This document shows, one piece after another, positions 37,455 to 46,880 of a DNA stretch of 64,000 bases. The DNA is from Candidatus Iainarchaeum sp. (GTDB lineage: Archaea; Iainarchaeota; Iainarchaeia; Iainarchaeales; UBA10219), in NCBI GenBank assembly GCA_018304425.1, contig JAGVWE010000007.1, positions 25,804 to 89,803 on the forward strand, read 5' to 3'. The position numbers and the translations under genes were made by a program. The notes beneath the pieces were generated by a model that saw only the letters and a program-made list of their open reading frames with translations, did no database searches and was not told where the DNA came from. Every line of letters starts with the position of its first letter. The stretch's first letter is position 1.

Positions 37455-37700
37455 TTATCCCTTCAGGTGTTTGGCATGAGCGCCGAGTGCCTGTTCGGGA
37501 GTGAGCAGCCTTCTTTTCCCTTCGCTTATTTCCTTGTCAATGGCATCCAGTTTCCGGTTCACGAGGGTTTCCTCGTCCAGGTACTCGTTTCCAAAGTGGA
37601 CGATGGCCAGCCGGATGGCCTCGGATTGCGTGTTGGCATACCCGTCCTGGACCATGGTTTCCAGGATTTGCTTGGTCTTACCTCGTAAAGCTACGTTCAT
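37455..37700 (-). CDS. RHH antitoxin
   Basis: GYANTQSEAIRLA; upstream of the toxin. Confidence 0.82.
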   Translation of the reverse strand: MNVALRGKTKQILETMVQDGYANTQSEAIRLAIVHFGNEYLDEETLVNRKLDAIDKEISEGKRRLLTPEQALGAHAKHLKG

Positions 37701-37794
37701 GGCGAAAACCAGTATAACCTATATGCCTCCCTTACGCTTTAAATAGGTTCTGTTTTTGCGTCAAATCGGTACCTACTGTCTTAGGGCAAGCGGT

Positions 37795-38067
37795 TCACGG
37801 ATAGGGTGAGCGGTTGATTGACATTCCTTCGCAACGCATGGGTGCGCGAGGCGTTGTTTGTGGGGTGCCAGTTGGCCTGGCAAAGAGCGCCCAAACCAGC
37901 ACCAGCCAGAAGACGGCTAGCTGGGGTAACAGGCGGAGGAACCGTTCGCTACCCGTTGAGCCAGTGAAGAGGGCAGATAGTGCAATTGCGTGGTAAACCA
38001 TGAATTCCAGGCCAAACAGGGCTGCCAGAACCTTTTCATGGAATTTCATATTGACTTGTTGCCGCAA
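37795..38067 (-). CDS. Small two-TM protein ending NRSPYP
   Basis: Hydrophobic ORF; start may be MKFHEK. Confidence 0.6.
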   Translation of the reverse strand: MRQQVNMKFHEKVLAALFGLEFMVYHAIALSALFTGSTGSERFLRLLPQLAVFWLVLVWALFARPTGTPQTTPRAPMRCEGMSINRSPYP

Positions 38068-38078
38068 ACAGAATAAAT

Positions 38079-38372
38079 ATGGATGCCAAAAAAGTGAAAG
38101 GCTTGTTGCAACTTGGCACGGTTAAAAAGATAATCGATTTCTTCATGGAGCCGCTGAAAAGAGAAAATGAGGCATTGAATGCTTGCCTGAAAGAAGTCGG
38201 TGAGAAACGTGACAAGGCATTAGCCAAGCGGGCACAGTTCAAACCCGGCAAAACCTACCTGACGTCGTGGTCGGAGGACGACCGCTATGTGGACGACAGA
38301 TTTTACCAGAAAAAGCTGACCGAATGCTACGATAAAAATACGCGGTCGCGGAAGGCCATGGGCTTGCCTTGA
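38079..38372 (+). CDS. Hypothetical protein, paralog of 36875-37180
   Basis: 55/56-bp identity between 38262-38317 and 37070-37125. Confidence 0.75.
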   Translation: MDAKKVKGLLQLGTVKKIIDFFMEPLKRENEALNACLKEVGEKRDKALAKRAQFKPGKTYLTSWSEDDRYVDDRFYQKKLTECYDKNTRSRKAMGLP

Positions 38373-38382
38373 CTTCCCGCTG

Positions 38383-38844
38383 TCAGCACACCCCGCACGG
38401 CGGTTCCGTGAACAGGCTCAGATACCATTCCTCGACCGGCTCGTCCACGAGCTTGACGGCATGCGGCCGCAGGAACGCGAACCCGTGTTCCCCATACAAT
38501 TTCTTGGCGGCTTCGTTGCTTTGCCGGACCAGCAGCGTTATTTCCTTGAACCCCTGCTGCTTGATGAAGTCCATGGCAAACTGGAGGAGTGCATGCGCGT
38601 TTCCCTTGCCACGGAATCCCTCGCGGACCACCAAGCCGTTGATGCGCGCGCGGGCCATGTTCAGGGCTTCGACTTCGATGAAGCCGATGAGTTGCCCGCC
38701 CTCGACCTGCTTGAACAGGAACAGTTTTTTTCCGGCCAGCCGCTGCCGGAGCTTGTCCAGGGTGGCTTCGGTGTAGGGAAACTCCTTGCGGATGAGGCTG
38801 CTGATGAGTTCCAGGTCCGTGTCCGCTGCCGGTTGAATCGTCAT
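38383..38844 (-). CDS. GNAT family N-acetyltransferase
   Basis: FRGKGNA, NEAAKKLY...GF. Confidence 0.9.
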   Translation of the reverse strand: MTIQPAADTDLELISSLIRKEFPYTEATLDKLRQRLAGKKLFLFKQVEGGQLIGFIEVEALNMARARINGLVVREGFRGKGNAHALLQFAMDFIKQQGFKEITLLVRQSNEAAKKLYGEHGFAFLRPHAVKLVDEPVEEWYLSLFTEPPCGVC

Positions 38845-38855
38845 AGGCTTCCCCC

Positions 38856-39536
38856 TTACCGCTTGGCCCGCAGGAACTCCTCGATTTCCTGGCTGGAGAC
38901 CGCGCAGCCCCCGAACTTGAGGGCGAACAAGGCGGCTTCCAGGGCCTGGCGGTTGCGCGGCAGCACCTCCTCGAAGTAGCCGCGCTCGTAGGCCAGCGCG
39001 ATGAGTTCCACGGACCTTACCACTCTGATGTCCGAAAGCAATTTAATGAATTCCTTGAGCCTCCCCTCGTTGAGCTTGATGTCCTGCTGGTGCTTGTAGG
39101 CCACGTAGTTCTGCAGCCTCCAGGGGTCCTCGATGAGCATGCGGGTGGTTCGCTCGTCGATGGCGACCATGTGGGCGCGGAGGTTCTTGCACAGGGCCAG
39201 GGTCTCGGCCTCGCCTTTCTGGATGATGGTCAAAGGCTTTCCCTTCGCGAAGAACAGGGTGTTCGCGCTGTCCAGGATTTTCCCGGTCAACTGCTTGACG
39301 GCCGCGTTGCCTGGAATGATTTCAATCCAGCCCTCGTCGACGGCCTGCTGGATGCGCAGCGCGCCCAACTCGAACCGCTTGATGTGCAGCGGCCGTTCCA
39401 CGGTTTCCGCGTACACCGACTGGGGGATGACGAAGGAAACCGCTCCCTCCTGGCCGAGCCCCTTCAGCAGGCGGGTCAGGCACTTCTCGGAAATCGAGAT
39501 AATCGTCGAGGAATCGAAGACCAGTTTCTGCGCCAT
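38856..39536 (-). CDS. PIN-like domain protein
   Basis: VFDSSTII, GEAETLAL, IDERTTR. Confidence 0.75.
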   Translation of the reverse strand: MAQKLVFDSSTIISISEKCLTRLLKGLGQEGAVSFVIPQSVYAETVERPLHIKRFELGALRIQQAVDEGWIEIIPGNAAVKQLTGKILDSANTLFFAKGKPLTIIQKGEAETLALCKNLRAHMVAIDERTTRMLIEDPWRLQNYVAYKHQQDIKLNEGRLKEFIKLLSDIRVVRSVELIALAYERGYFEEVLPRNRQALEAALFALKFGGCAVSSQEIEEFLRAKR

Positions 39537-39540
39537 GCTC

Positions 39541-40095
39541 TCACTCGAACATTTCCCGCAACGGTTTCAGCCTCGCCGCGATGCCGAAGGTGATGCCTTC
39601 CTCGTCGTGCATGCGCGTCCAGCCAATGTAGTTCTGCACGTCCTCTTTTTCCGCCCCCGTCAGGTCCACGGCCTGGCTGAGGCTCAAGCCCAGGCCATAG
39701 GCGGCGGAAGCCATCTTGAGGCGCGCCTTTTCCTCCATGCTGATGGCGTACCGCCCGAACTCGTGGTCGACTTCCGAGACCACTTCGATGATGGTGTCCA
39801 GGCTCTTGCCGAACTCCTTGGGCTTGCCGCGCGCCAGGCTGTAGGCCGCCAAATCCAGTTCGCGCAGGATTTTGGCCTTGATGGCCGTCCACTGGTGGTC
39901 GATGACGATGTGCCGCTTGGAGACCAGCTTGTTCAAGGAATAGCCGATGAGGGCCAGGTTGGCGTAGCCCCGGTCGTTCACCATGGCCGCGCGCTGGAGG
40001 CAGGCCTCGCTGCTCTCCTTCAATGCAATCGTGTCCTCTATCTGGAACGCCGTCCGCAAGTGCTTGACTTTCTGTTCAAGGTCCCGCAATGCCAT
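39541..40095 (-). CDS. Hypothetical protein with C-terminal HTH
   Basis: GLSLSQAVDLTG; directly upstream of the PIN-like gene. Confidence 0.7.
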   Translation of the reverse strand: MALRDLEQKVKHLRTAFQIEDTIALKESSEACLQRAAMVNDRGYANLALIGYSLNKLVSKRHIVIDHQWTAIKAKILRELDLAAYSLARGKPKEFGKSLDTIIEVVSEVDHEFGRYAISMEEKARLKMASAAYGLGLSLSQAVDLTGAEKEDVQNYIGWTRMHDEEGITFGIAARLKPLREMFE

Positions 40096-40172
40096 GTCCT
40101 TCCCCCACCACTAACGCAGTCCAAGAATTTAAGGGTTGCGGCCCAACGGTTTAACGGATCAGCCGTCAAGGG

Positions 40173-40892
40173 TCAAGGCGCCCGGGCGCGCCGGAAACGC
40201 ATGTTGGTTGGGCGCCTTCTACCCAGTTGCGTGGGCGCGGGCGCAAGCTGGGACCGCAGGAATTGCCGTTGCAGGCTTTGCGCAAGGCGCCGCGCCAGCG
40301 AGACCTCCTTGGCGGGAAACTTGGGCGGGCGAAGGTAGCCCCGCCAGCGCCAGGCCGTGAACCCAAGCTTGCCGGGTTTCGTCTGCTGCCAGCGATGGCG
40401 GAAGGCTTCGCCGCGCTTGTTCTGGCGCAGGAAATGGAGGTTGCCTTTTCCGTCCACGAAGAAAATGGGGTGATAGTTTGCCACGACGCCTGGATGCATC
40501 CAGTCCCTTGGATAGTGGCCCTCGAACTTCGTGTCCAGGATGCCGGCATGGCCCATGATGTGGCTGGCGTGCGCATACGCTTCCTGGATTGCTTCCGCTA
40601 CCTTCGTGCGGGTGTTGGCTGCAAACATTCCGGCTGTACTGGCCATGAAGAGAAGAGGGAACCCAGCCTCTGGTGGTACGCCCCCTCCAACCAGGCCACC
40701 GGTTACCCCAATGATGCTCGTGGCCCCCAGTTCGGCGATTCCACGCACGCGTCGTTGTGCCGGAATGTCCGTGATGAATTCCCTGAGGGCCGGGCTCAGG
40801 TGCTGGAAGGGCACGACCACTTCTTTCTGGTGCAGGAGGCGGTCAGGGTTCTGTTCAACCGGTTCCCTGGCCTTGCGCTTGAGCCACGCCAT
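40173..40892 (-). CDS. Hypothetical Arg-rich protein with hydrophobic Gly-rich segment
   Basis: Start MAWLKRKAR lies downstream of a TAATAAA box. Confidence 0.6.
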   Translation of the reverse strand: MAWLKRKAREPVEQNPDRLLHQKEVVVPFQHLSPALREFITDIPAQRRVRGIAELGATSIIGVTGGLVGGGVPPEAGFPLLFMASTAGMFAANTRTKVAEAIQEAYAHASHIMGHAGILDTKFEGHYPRDWMHPGVVANYHPIFFVDGKGNLHFLRQNKRGEAFRHRWQQTKPGKLGFTAWRWRGYLRPPKFPAKEVSLARRLAQSLQRQFLRSQLAPAPTQLGRRRPTNMRFRRARAP

Positions 40893-40930
40893 GAAACAAT
40901 ACACGCTGGCGGACTTTATTAGGTTTGCGC

Positions 40931-41674
40931 TCAGGGAGGCTTGCCGGGGCGTTCCGATAGCGCGGCCTTCGGCCCTGGAAACTGGCCCACGCGCTTGAGC
41001 ACCGAGTCGAAGACGCCGAGGAGGAGCCGGGCTTCCTTGCGTTCCAGGGGGGTTCTGGCGAGCAGGGCCTTGAACACGGCCAAAGCGTAGTCCTTGTTCC
41101 GGATTTTTTCCCCGCAATGAATGAGGTCCAGCCACTTTTGGATGAGTTCTTCCTTGACGCGCTTGCGCAGGAAACCCTTGTGCACCCGGGTGCCGCGCGC
41201 CAGCGCGGCCTCGTACAAGACGATGGCCACGGCGTGGGAGAGGTTGAGCGTGGGATAGGCGCGGTCAGCGGGAATGGTCAGGGTCAAATCGCATTGCTTG
41301 AGTTGCTCGTTGGTCAAGCCGATGCGCTCGCACCCGAACACGAAGCCGTACACGCTGTCGGTTGTCCTGTGCCTGGCCATGAACGCGCGCACGGGCAACG
41401 GGCTGCGCAAAATCTGCATGCGGTCCTGGGTCTTCGCGCTCGTTGCAACCGCGACGTCGACTCCTCGGAGGGCTTCCTGCAGGGAGTCCACGACCCTCGC
41501 TTTTTGGAGGACGGGAAAACCGTGCATGGCCCGCGCCTTGGCTTCGTCGCCGAGCGCGTCCGCTTTGGGGTTGACGAGCGTCAAGTCCTTGCAGCGGAAG
41601 TTCTTCATGGCCCGTGCCACGGCGCCGAGGTTGCCCGCGTTCTCGGGCTCCACGAGGATGACTCTGGCTTTCAA
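40931..41674 (-). CDS. trmJ: TrmJ/SPOUT tRNA methyltransferase
   Basis: NLGAVARAMKNF, VFGCERIGL, YPTLNLSHA. Confidence 0.9.
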   Translation of the reverse strand: MKARVILVEPENAGNLGAVARAMKNFRCKDLTLVNPKADALGDEAKARAMHGFPVLQKARVVDSLQEALRGVDVAVATSAKTQDRMQILRSPLPVRAFMARHRTTDSVYGFVFGCERIGLTNEQLKQCDLTLTIPADRAYPTLNLSHAVAIVLYEAALARGTRVHKGFLRKRVKEELIQKWLDLIHCGEKIRNKDYALAVFKALLARTPLERKEARLLLGVFDSVLKRVGQFPGPKAALSERPGKPP

Positions 41675-41752
41675 GGCGTTCCCCCTTTCAAGGCGTTTCC
41701 CTTCCCTTAAATAGGCGTTAACTATATATTCGGGTAATCATTATTCTAATGG

Positions 41753-43078
41753 ATGCAAAAGAATTTATTGCTTTTATTGGCCGCTATAAGCCTTTTCTCG
41801 CTGGTTTATGGGGTTGTTTCCTCGGGGGAAGCCGTCAAGTTCGTCACCGAGGAAAACCGGTTCCTGCACGACAACGAGGAAGCCAAGCAACCCAATTACC
41901 GGATTCTCCACGCCAAGGAACACTACTGGGTCATCCCCGTGGTCGTGGACGAGGAGCCCACCACCTATTTCGCGGTCGGCACCGTCGAAAAAAAGCTGGT
42001 CGCGGACAAGTTCGTGAACCGTCAGCTCTTCAAGACCGCGGACGTGCTGCGGGAGTTCCTCCTCGAAAAGGAGCGCGCCTCCAAGAACCCGCAAGTGAAA
42101 TGGATTGTCACGGGCAGCTATGCCCGCATCTTCGAGAGCCTGGCGCGGATGCTGTCCGATGAGGCCTTCGAGTTGAACACCATTGCCTCGACCGCCAATG
42201 ACCCCAAGGTCTCGGACGAGATTTCCTCGCTCAAGGCCTCGCTGGCCGTGATGAGCGACCTGGCGGAAAACGTGTCCGCGCAAATCGACGAGGCTGCTTC
42301 CTTTGAATCGGATTTCACCACCCAGCCGGACACCGCGAAAACCGATGAGTTCAAGAAAAAGTTTGACGCCGTGTTCGGCTACCTGTTCCAGCTTGAGGAC
42401 AAGGCCCTGGAATACCGTTCCCGCGTCAGCGAGTTGAAGCGGCAAATTTCGGTTTCCGATGCGGAGGCCGACGCGAAGTCCTACATGATCAAGCTCGCCG
42501 AGCCCCCCCAGAACTTCAACGAGATAGGCAACATGGCGATTGCGGGCACGGGGTTGAAGGACGTCGTGGACAAAATCTTCGTGCGCGTGAACTCGCGGCT
42601 GGACAACTTTCTCAACGAGTTCGGGGTGCGCCAGGAGATGAGCAAGGCCTATCTCCTGCTGTACGGTGCGAGCCCCGAGGCGGCCAAGCTCGGCAACTAC
42701 AAGGACCTGCGTTCGGCGGTAAACTACGTGTTAACGCCCGAGAACAAGGCGGTTTGGGCGGACCAGGCCGGGGTCCTCAAACTCGAGGAAAACTGGCGGA
42801 ACGCCGAAAACGCGTACAAGAAAGGCGACTACGTGAAGGCCCAAATCTATGCCGGGGAGGCAGTCAAGCTCATCAAGGGCATCCAGAAGAAGGGCGTGCT
42901 CGTGGTCCAGCAGCCGCCCCTGCTCAGCGACCAGTTGCTGCAGCAAGCCATCATGGCCTTGGCTGGCCTGCTGGTCCTCGTCTTCCTGTTGAAAAACCGT
43001 GAAAAGATCGGGGGCTTTTTCAGGCCCGAGCAAAACCAGTCCGGGGAAAGGCTTGAACTGGGGTGGAAGAATGAATAA
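41753..43078 (+). CDS. Secreted, membrane-anchored helical protein
   Basis: Signal peptide, coiled-coil-like core, C-terminal TM. Confidence 0.8.
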   Translation: MQKNLLLLLAAISLFSLVYGVVSSGEAVKFVTEENRFLHDNEEAKQPNYRILHAKEHYWVIPVVVDEEPTTYFAVGTVEKKLVADKFVNRQLFKTADVLREFLLEKERASKNPQVKWIVTGSYARIFESLARMLSDEAFELNTIASTANDPKVSDEISSLKASLAVMSDLAENVSAQIDEAASFESDFTTQPDTAKTDEFKKKFDAVFGYLFQLEDKALEYRSRVSELKRQISVSDAEADAKSYMIKLAEPPQNFNEIGNMAIAGTGLKDVVDKIFVRVNSRLDNFLNEFGVRQEMSKAYLLLYGASPEAAKLGNYKDLRSAVNYVLTPENKAVWADQAGVLKLEENWRNAENAYKKGDYVKAQIYAGEAVKLIKGIQKKGVLVVQQPPLLSDQLLQQAIMALAGLLVLVFLLKNREKIGGFFRPEQNQSGERLELGWKNE

Positions 43079-44069
43079 GGCCCTGGGCCTGCTGGCCTTG
43101 TTGGCCTTGCTGGTCGCTGCCGTAGGCCCAGCCGTTGCCGCGGTGCCGGCCGTGGTCATCGAACCAAAGTCCGGCGCGGATTTCGTGACCCTCTATCCCT
43201 TGGAAGTCAGTGACTTCGTGGTCAACGTCGAAAACAACGAGCAGCGGCCCGTGGAAGGCCTCTCGTTCATGGTGTCAACCGGCCCCGAACTCGTGTTGAC
43301 CTTGGACGGCAAGGAGTTGCGGGACAAAAACTTTTTCGTGCCCCGACTTGAATCCGGTGAACGGAAGTCCTTTGAAGTCCGGGTGAAAGCCGTTTCCCCC
43401 GCCGACAAGGCCTTGTTGCGCGTGAATTACGGCGTGGAAAGGTACACGCACTCGGTTTCCACTTTCGTGGAAGTGCAGCCCAACCCATTGATGGTGAACG
43501 CGCGGCTGGGCAAGTCCGTGGTGGGCCCGGGCGAGGAGACCAGCGTCTTCCTGGACCTGGTCAACAACGGGAAGCAGGTGCTGTCCGGCGTGCAAGCCGA
43601 ACTCGGCCTGCCGGAAGGGTTTTCCGCGTCCAACCGCTCGTATGCCTTGCAGGACCTGAACCCAGCCCAATCCGTGCTTAACCGGGAGTTCAAGGTCAGG
43701 GCCGGGGAGGATGCCTTGGGCGTGAAGACCCTGGTCGTGCGCGTCGACTACGCGGATGAACGGGGCATGCATTCCCTCGAAAAATCCTTTGAAATCGTGG
43801 TCGAGCAACGCGACAAATACCTCTTGATGTTCCTCGCCGTCCTCTTCGTCTTCGCCGTCCTCAGCCTCATCTTCCAGGGCAGGGAAAAACGGCACAAAAT
43901 CGTAGCACATGGCGGACAGGCTCCGGGCGCGCACCCCGCCGGGCACGGCGTCCACGCGGAAGCCCACGACGCCCATGCAGGGGCAGGCGAGCACGCGAGC
44001 CACGCCCCAATCAAGCGGAAGAAAATCCTGCCCCACCAGAAACCGTTCCAGGAAAAGCGGAAAAGGTAA
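43071..44069 (+). CDS. S-layer-associated/Ig-fold membrane protein with His-rich tail
   Basis: Signal peptide, two Ig-like repeats, TM, His/Ala-rich tail. Confidence 0.78.
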   Translation: MNKALGLLALLALLVAAVGPAVAAVPAVVIEPKSGADFVTLYPLEVSDFVVNVENNEQRPVEGLSFMVSTGPELVLTLDGKELRDKNFFVPRLESGERKSFEVRVKAVSPADKALLRVNYGVERYTHSVSTFVEVQPNPLMVNARLGKSVVGPGEETSVFLDLVNNGKQVLSGVQAELGLPEGFSASNRSYALQDLNPAQSVLNREFKVRAGEDALGVKTLVVRVDYADERGMHSLEKSFEIVVEQRDKYLLMFLAVLFVFAVLSLIFQGREKRHKIVAHGGQAPGAHPAGHGVHAEAHDAHAGAGEHASHAPIKRKKILPHQKPFQEKRKR

Positions 44070-44071
44070 GC

Positions 44072-44749
44072 CTATTTTTTCCGGAAGACGAAAACCAGGG
44101 TCTCGCGCGCGTACGTTTTTCCGTGCATGCGCCCCCTCTTTCGGCGCTTCGCGAATTTCTCGAGCTTGAACGTCTTGTCGAATTCCCTGAGGACGTCGGC
44201 GCGCGAGAACAGCGCGGAGCCCACGCCCGTGAACGGGTCCATGACTTGGTTGCCGTGCTTTCGCGGGAGCCTTCCATAAAAACCATCCTCTTTCGAGGCC
44301 AGTGAGAGCGCGTACACGGCTCCGGGCTTGAGGACGCGGCAGAGCTCGGTGCGGTATTTCCGGCGTGCGCTGGCCTTGGCCTGGTGCTTGTAACAGTAGA
44401 TGTCCACGGCGTAGTCGAAAAACCCGTCGGGGTAGGGCCACTTTCGGGTCACATCTCCCACGCGGGCAACGATTTTGCCCTTGCGCTTTCGTTTTTTGGC
44501 GTGGGCCTTGATTTCTTGGATAAGTTCGGGTACGAAGTCCACTGCGTGGGCTTCAAACCCCTTGGAGGCCAGGTAAAAGGAGTTGCGGCCGCGCCCACAG
44601 CCCAGGTCGAGGGACCGCAAACCCCTGTAATCCCTGGTTTTAAGGGCTTTCAAGCCCAGGGGCACGAGGGAGCTGGGCCGCGTCTTGTATGAGGAGGGGA
44701 TGCCCTTGCGGGCGTACTCCTGCTGCCACTGTCTAGGCGTGGATTTCAA
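44072..44749 (-). CDS. Class I SAM-dependent methyltransferase
   Basis: LDLGCGRGRN, VLKPG; probable TTG start. Confidence 0.85.
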   Translation of the reverse strand: MKSTPRQWQQEYARKGIPSSYKTRPSSLVPLGLKALKTRDYRGLRSLDLGCGRGRNSFYLASKGFEAHAVDFVPELIQEIKAHAKKRKRKGKIVARVGDVTRKWPYPDGFFDYAVDIYCYKHQAKASARRKYRTELCRVLKPGAVYALSLASKEDGFYGRLPRKHGNQVMDPFTGVGSALFSRADVLREFDKTFKLEKFAKRRKRGRMHGKTYARETLVFVFRKK

Positions 44750-45803
44750 GGATGTCACCGTTTTGCAGCTCGTAGTCATTCGCCACCCGCATGCCGGGGA
44801 ACTTCGCGGAGCCCCACACCCGCACGAAGCGGAGGTTTTGCGCGAGTTCCTTGTGCAGCTGGTTCGCGACATCCTGCACCGTGCTGCCATGCTTCATGCC
44901 CATGGGCGTGCTAAGGTCGGCCTCCGCGCCCGGCTTCTTGGTGTAGATGAGGATCATGTCGATGGCTTCGAAGACCTTTTCCCGCAGCTTTTCGTAGTCC
45001 GTGTCCTGGTAGGTGTTGAACACGAAGGCCTTCTTGTACATCAGCCGGTCGTCGATGGCCTTTGCAAGCTGTGCAAGGCTCGTCAGGGGCTCGTTGAGGA
45101 TGACCTCGGAGTTGGCGTAGCCGGCCGACCGCAGGAAGCCCTGGACCTGTTCGAAAGGGATTTTCAGGAACTGCTTGCCTGCGATGGTGATTCCCGCGAA
45201 CTGGGAGTGCTTGACTTCGACGTCGGGCTTGGACTCGTTGAGGAGGATGTGGGCCTTTTCCAGTTCCCGCCGCACGAGGGCCTCCTCTTCCGGGACGGTA
45301 GCGCAGATGATGACGGCGTCCGCGTTCCGGACAATGGACAGCAGCTGGATGCCGTTCGCCTTCCCCTCCGCCGAGCCTTCGACGAGTGCGGGAATTTCCA
45401 CCAGCTGCACCCAGGAACCCTTGTAGGGCATCATGCCCACGGTCGGTTCCTTCGTGGTGAACGGATAAGGGGCCACTTCGACTTCCGCCTTGGTCAGGTT
45501 CTTGAGCAGCGTGCTCTTCCCGGTGTTGGGAGTTCCGACGAGACAGACCTGGGCCAGGCCCTCCTTCTTGACGTTGATGCTGGCCTTTCCCGAGGTCTTC
45601 TTGGCCTGCTCCTTCTGCTGTTCTATCTGCGCCTTGACTTGCGCGATTTTCCGCGTGAGTTCCCGGAGGAGGTTCTCCGTGCCCTTGTGCTTGGGGGCAG
45701 CGGTCTTCATCTCCTGGAGGGCCACGAGCTTGTCCATCAGGGTGGTGGCTTCGTCGTACTTCTGCTGGGCTTTGAAGTACTCGGGGCCTGCATTGACCGG
45801 CAT
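44733..45803 (-). CDS. DRG/OBG family GTPase with TGS domain
   Basis: PKHKGTE, GTPNTGKS, YPFTT, RVWGSAKFPG. Confidence 0.93.
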   Translation of the reverse strand: MPVNAGPEYFKAQQKYDEATTLMDKLVALQEMKTAAPKHKGTENLLRELTRKIAQVKAQIEQQKEQAKKTSGKASINVKKEGLAQVCLVGTPNTGKSTLLKNLTKAEVEVAPYPFTTKEPTVGMMPYKGSWVQLVEIPALVEGSAEGKANGIQLLSIVRNADAVIICATVPEEEALVRRELEKAHILLNESKPDVEVKHSQFAGITIAGKQFLKIPFEQVQGFLRSAGYANSEVILNEPLTSLAQLAKAIDDRLMYKKAFVFNTYQDTDYEKLREKVFEAIDMILIYTKKPGAEADLSTPMGMKHGSTVQDVANQLHKELAQNLRFVRVWGSAKFPGMRVANDYELQNGDILEIHA

Positions 45804-45861
45804 AGGCAGGATTGGGAGAAAAAAGGGATATAAACTAAAGCCCTTCGCCTCCAACAAGGGT

Positions 45862-46227
45862 ATGCTGTTGGCGCTCAGGCTCAACGACTACCTCGCCTTG
45901 TTGGCCGTCAACTTCCTGGTGAACGCGTTTTTCGTCTATTACGCGGCCCAATGGACCGGAATCCGGGGCAACTCGTATGCCAAGGCCCTGACCGTGGCGG
46001 CCCTTTCCACGCTCTCCCTGGCCGTCGTGGACTTCCTGTTCTTCGAGAAAATCGCGTACGGCTGGCTGTCCTTCGCGGCCTCCCTGCTTGCCTCCCTGTT
46101 CGCCATCGCCTACGTCTACCAAATCAAGGTCGAACAGGCCCTCGTCGTGTGGCTGGTCACCGGTTTCTTCGCCGGCGTCGCCACCTACTTCTTTGGGCTG
46201 GCCGGCCACGTCACGCCCAGCACGTAA
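45862..46227 (+). CDS. Four-TM membrane protein
   Basis: Hydrophobic 121-aa ORF. Confidence 0.75.
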   Translation: MLLALRLNDYLALLAVNFLVNAFFVYYAAQWTGIRGNSYAKALTVAALSTLSLAVVDFLFFEKIAYGWLSFAASLLASLFAIAYVYQIKVEQALVVWLVTGFFAGVATYFFGLAGHVTPST

Positions 46228-46229
46228 AC
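46211..46229 (-). repeat. Remnant copy of the hemK 3' end (FTCWA-stop)
   Basis: TCACGCCCAGCAC is identical at 46211 and 46881; 16/19 identity overall. Confidence 0.7.
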
Positions 46230-46284
46230 CCCCGGCAAAGGCAAAACCATAGGTTTTTATAGAAGTCTGCATAATCTGATTAGT

Positions 46285-46545
46285 ATGAATAAGATGAAAA
46301 CCGTGCAATTGGGTGCCCGGGGCCAACTCGTCATCCCCCAGGAGTTCCGCAAGGACTTGGACCTTAGGGAGGGCGAGACCCTGGTGCTGTTCGAGGTAGC
46401 GAATAAACTGGTCCTCAGAAAGCAGGATGCCGTGCTTGAAGCGCTTGAAGACGACTTGAAGGATTGGTGGAAGGTTTCCATTCCGACCCTCAACAAAGTT
46501 TGGGAAGACGAGCCCGAAGGCCTGTGGGAAAAATACTTGAAGTGA
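46285..46545 (+). CDS. AbrB/MazE-type antitoxin
   Basis: RGQLVIPQEFRKDL. Confidence 0.88.
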   Translation: MNKMKTVQLGARGQLVIPQEFRKDLDLREGETLVLFEVANKLVLRKQDAVLEALEDDLKDWWKVSIPTLNKVWEDEPEGLWEKYLK

Positions 46546-46549
46546 TGGC

Positions 46550-46876
46550 GTGAAGCAAGGCGACGTTGTTTTGGTCCGTTACCCCTACACGAACCTCGTT
46601 GATTACAAGATTCGGCCCGCCGTCATCGTTTCCAACGAAACGTTCAACAAAGCGCACTCCTCCTTTCTCGCCTGCCCCATTACCTCGAAGCCGACGCTTC
46701 CCGAGTATTGCCTTGAGTTGACGCCGGAAAACTTCCATGGGAAACTGGAAACAAGGAGTTTCGTGCGCACGGACAGCATGGCCGCCGTCGAGAAAGAATT
46801 GTGCTTGAAGGAAATAGGGTTCGTCGAGCCCGCCTTCCTGAAAGCCCTCGTCGAAAAAATCGCCAAAAACTTCTGA
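46550..46876 (+). CDS. mazF: PemK/MazF family toxin
   Basis: GDVVLVRYPY...KIRPAVIVS...PITS. Confidence 0.9.
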   Translation: MKQGDVVLVRYPYTNLVDYKIRPAVIVSNETFNKAHSSFLACPITSKPTLPEYCLELTPENFHGKLETRSFVRTDSMAAVEKELCLKEIGFVEPAFLKALVEKIAKNF

Positions 46877-46880
46877 TTGC

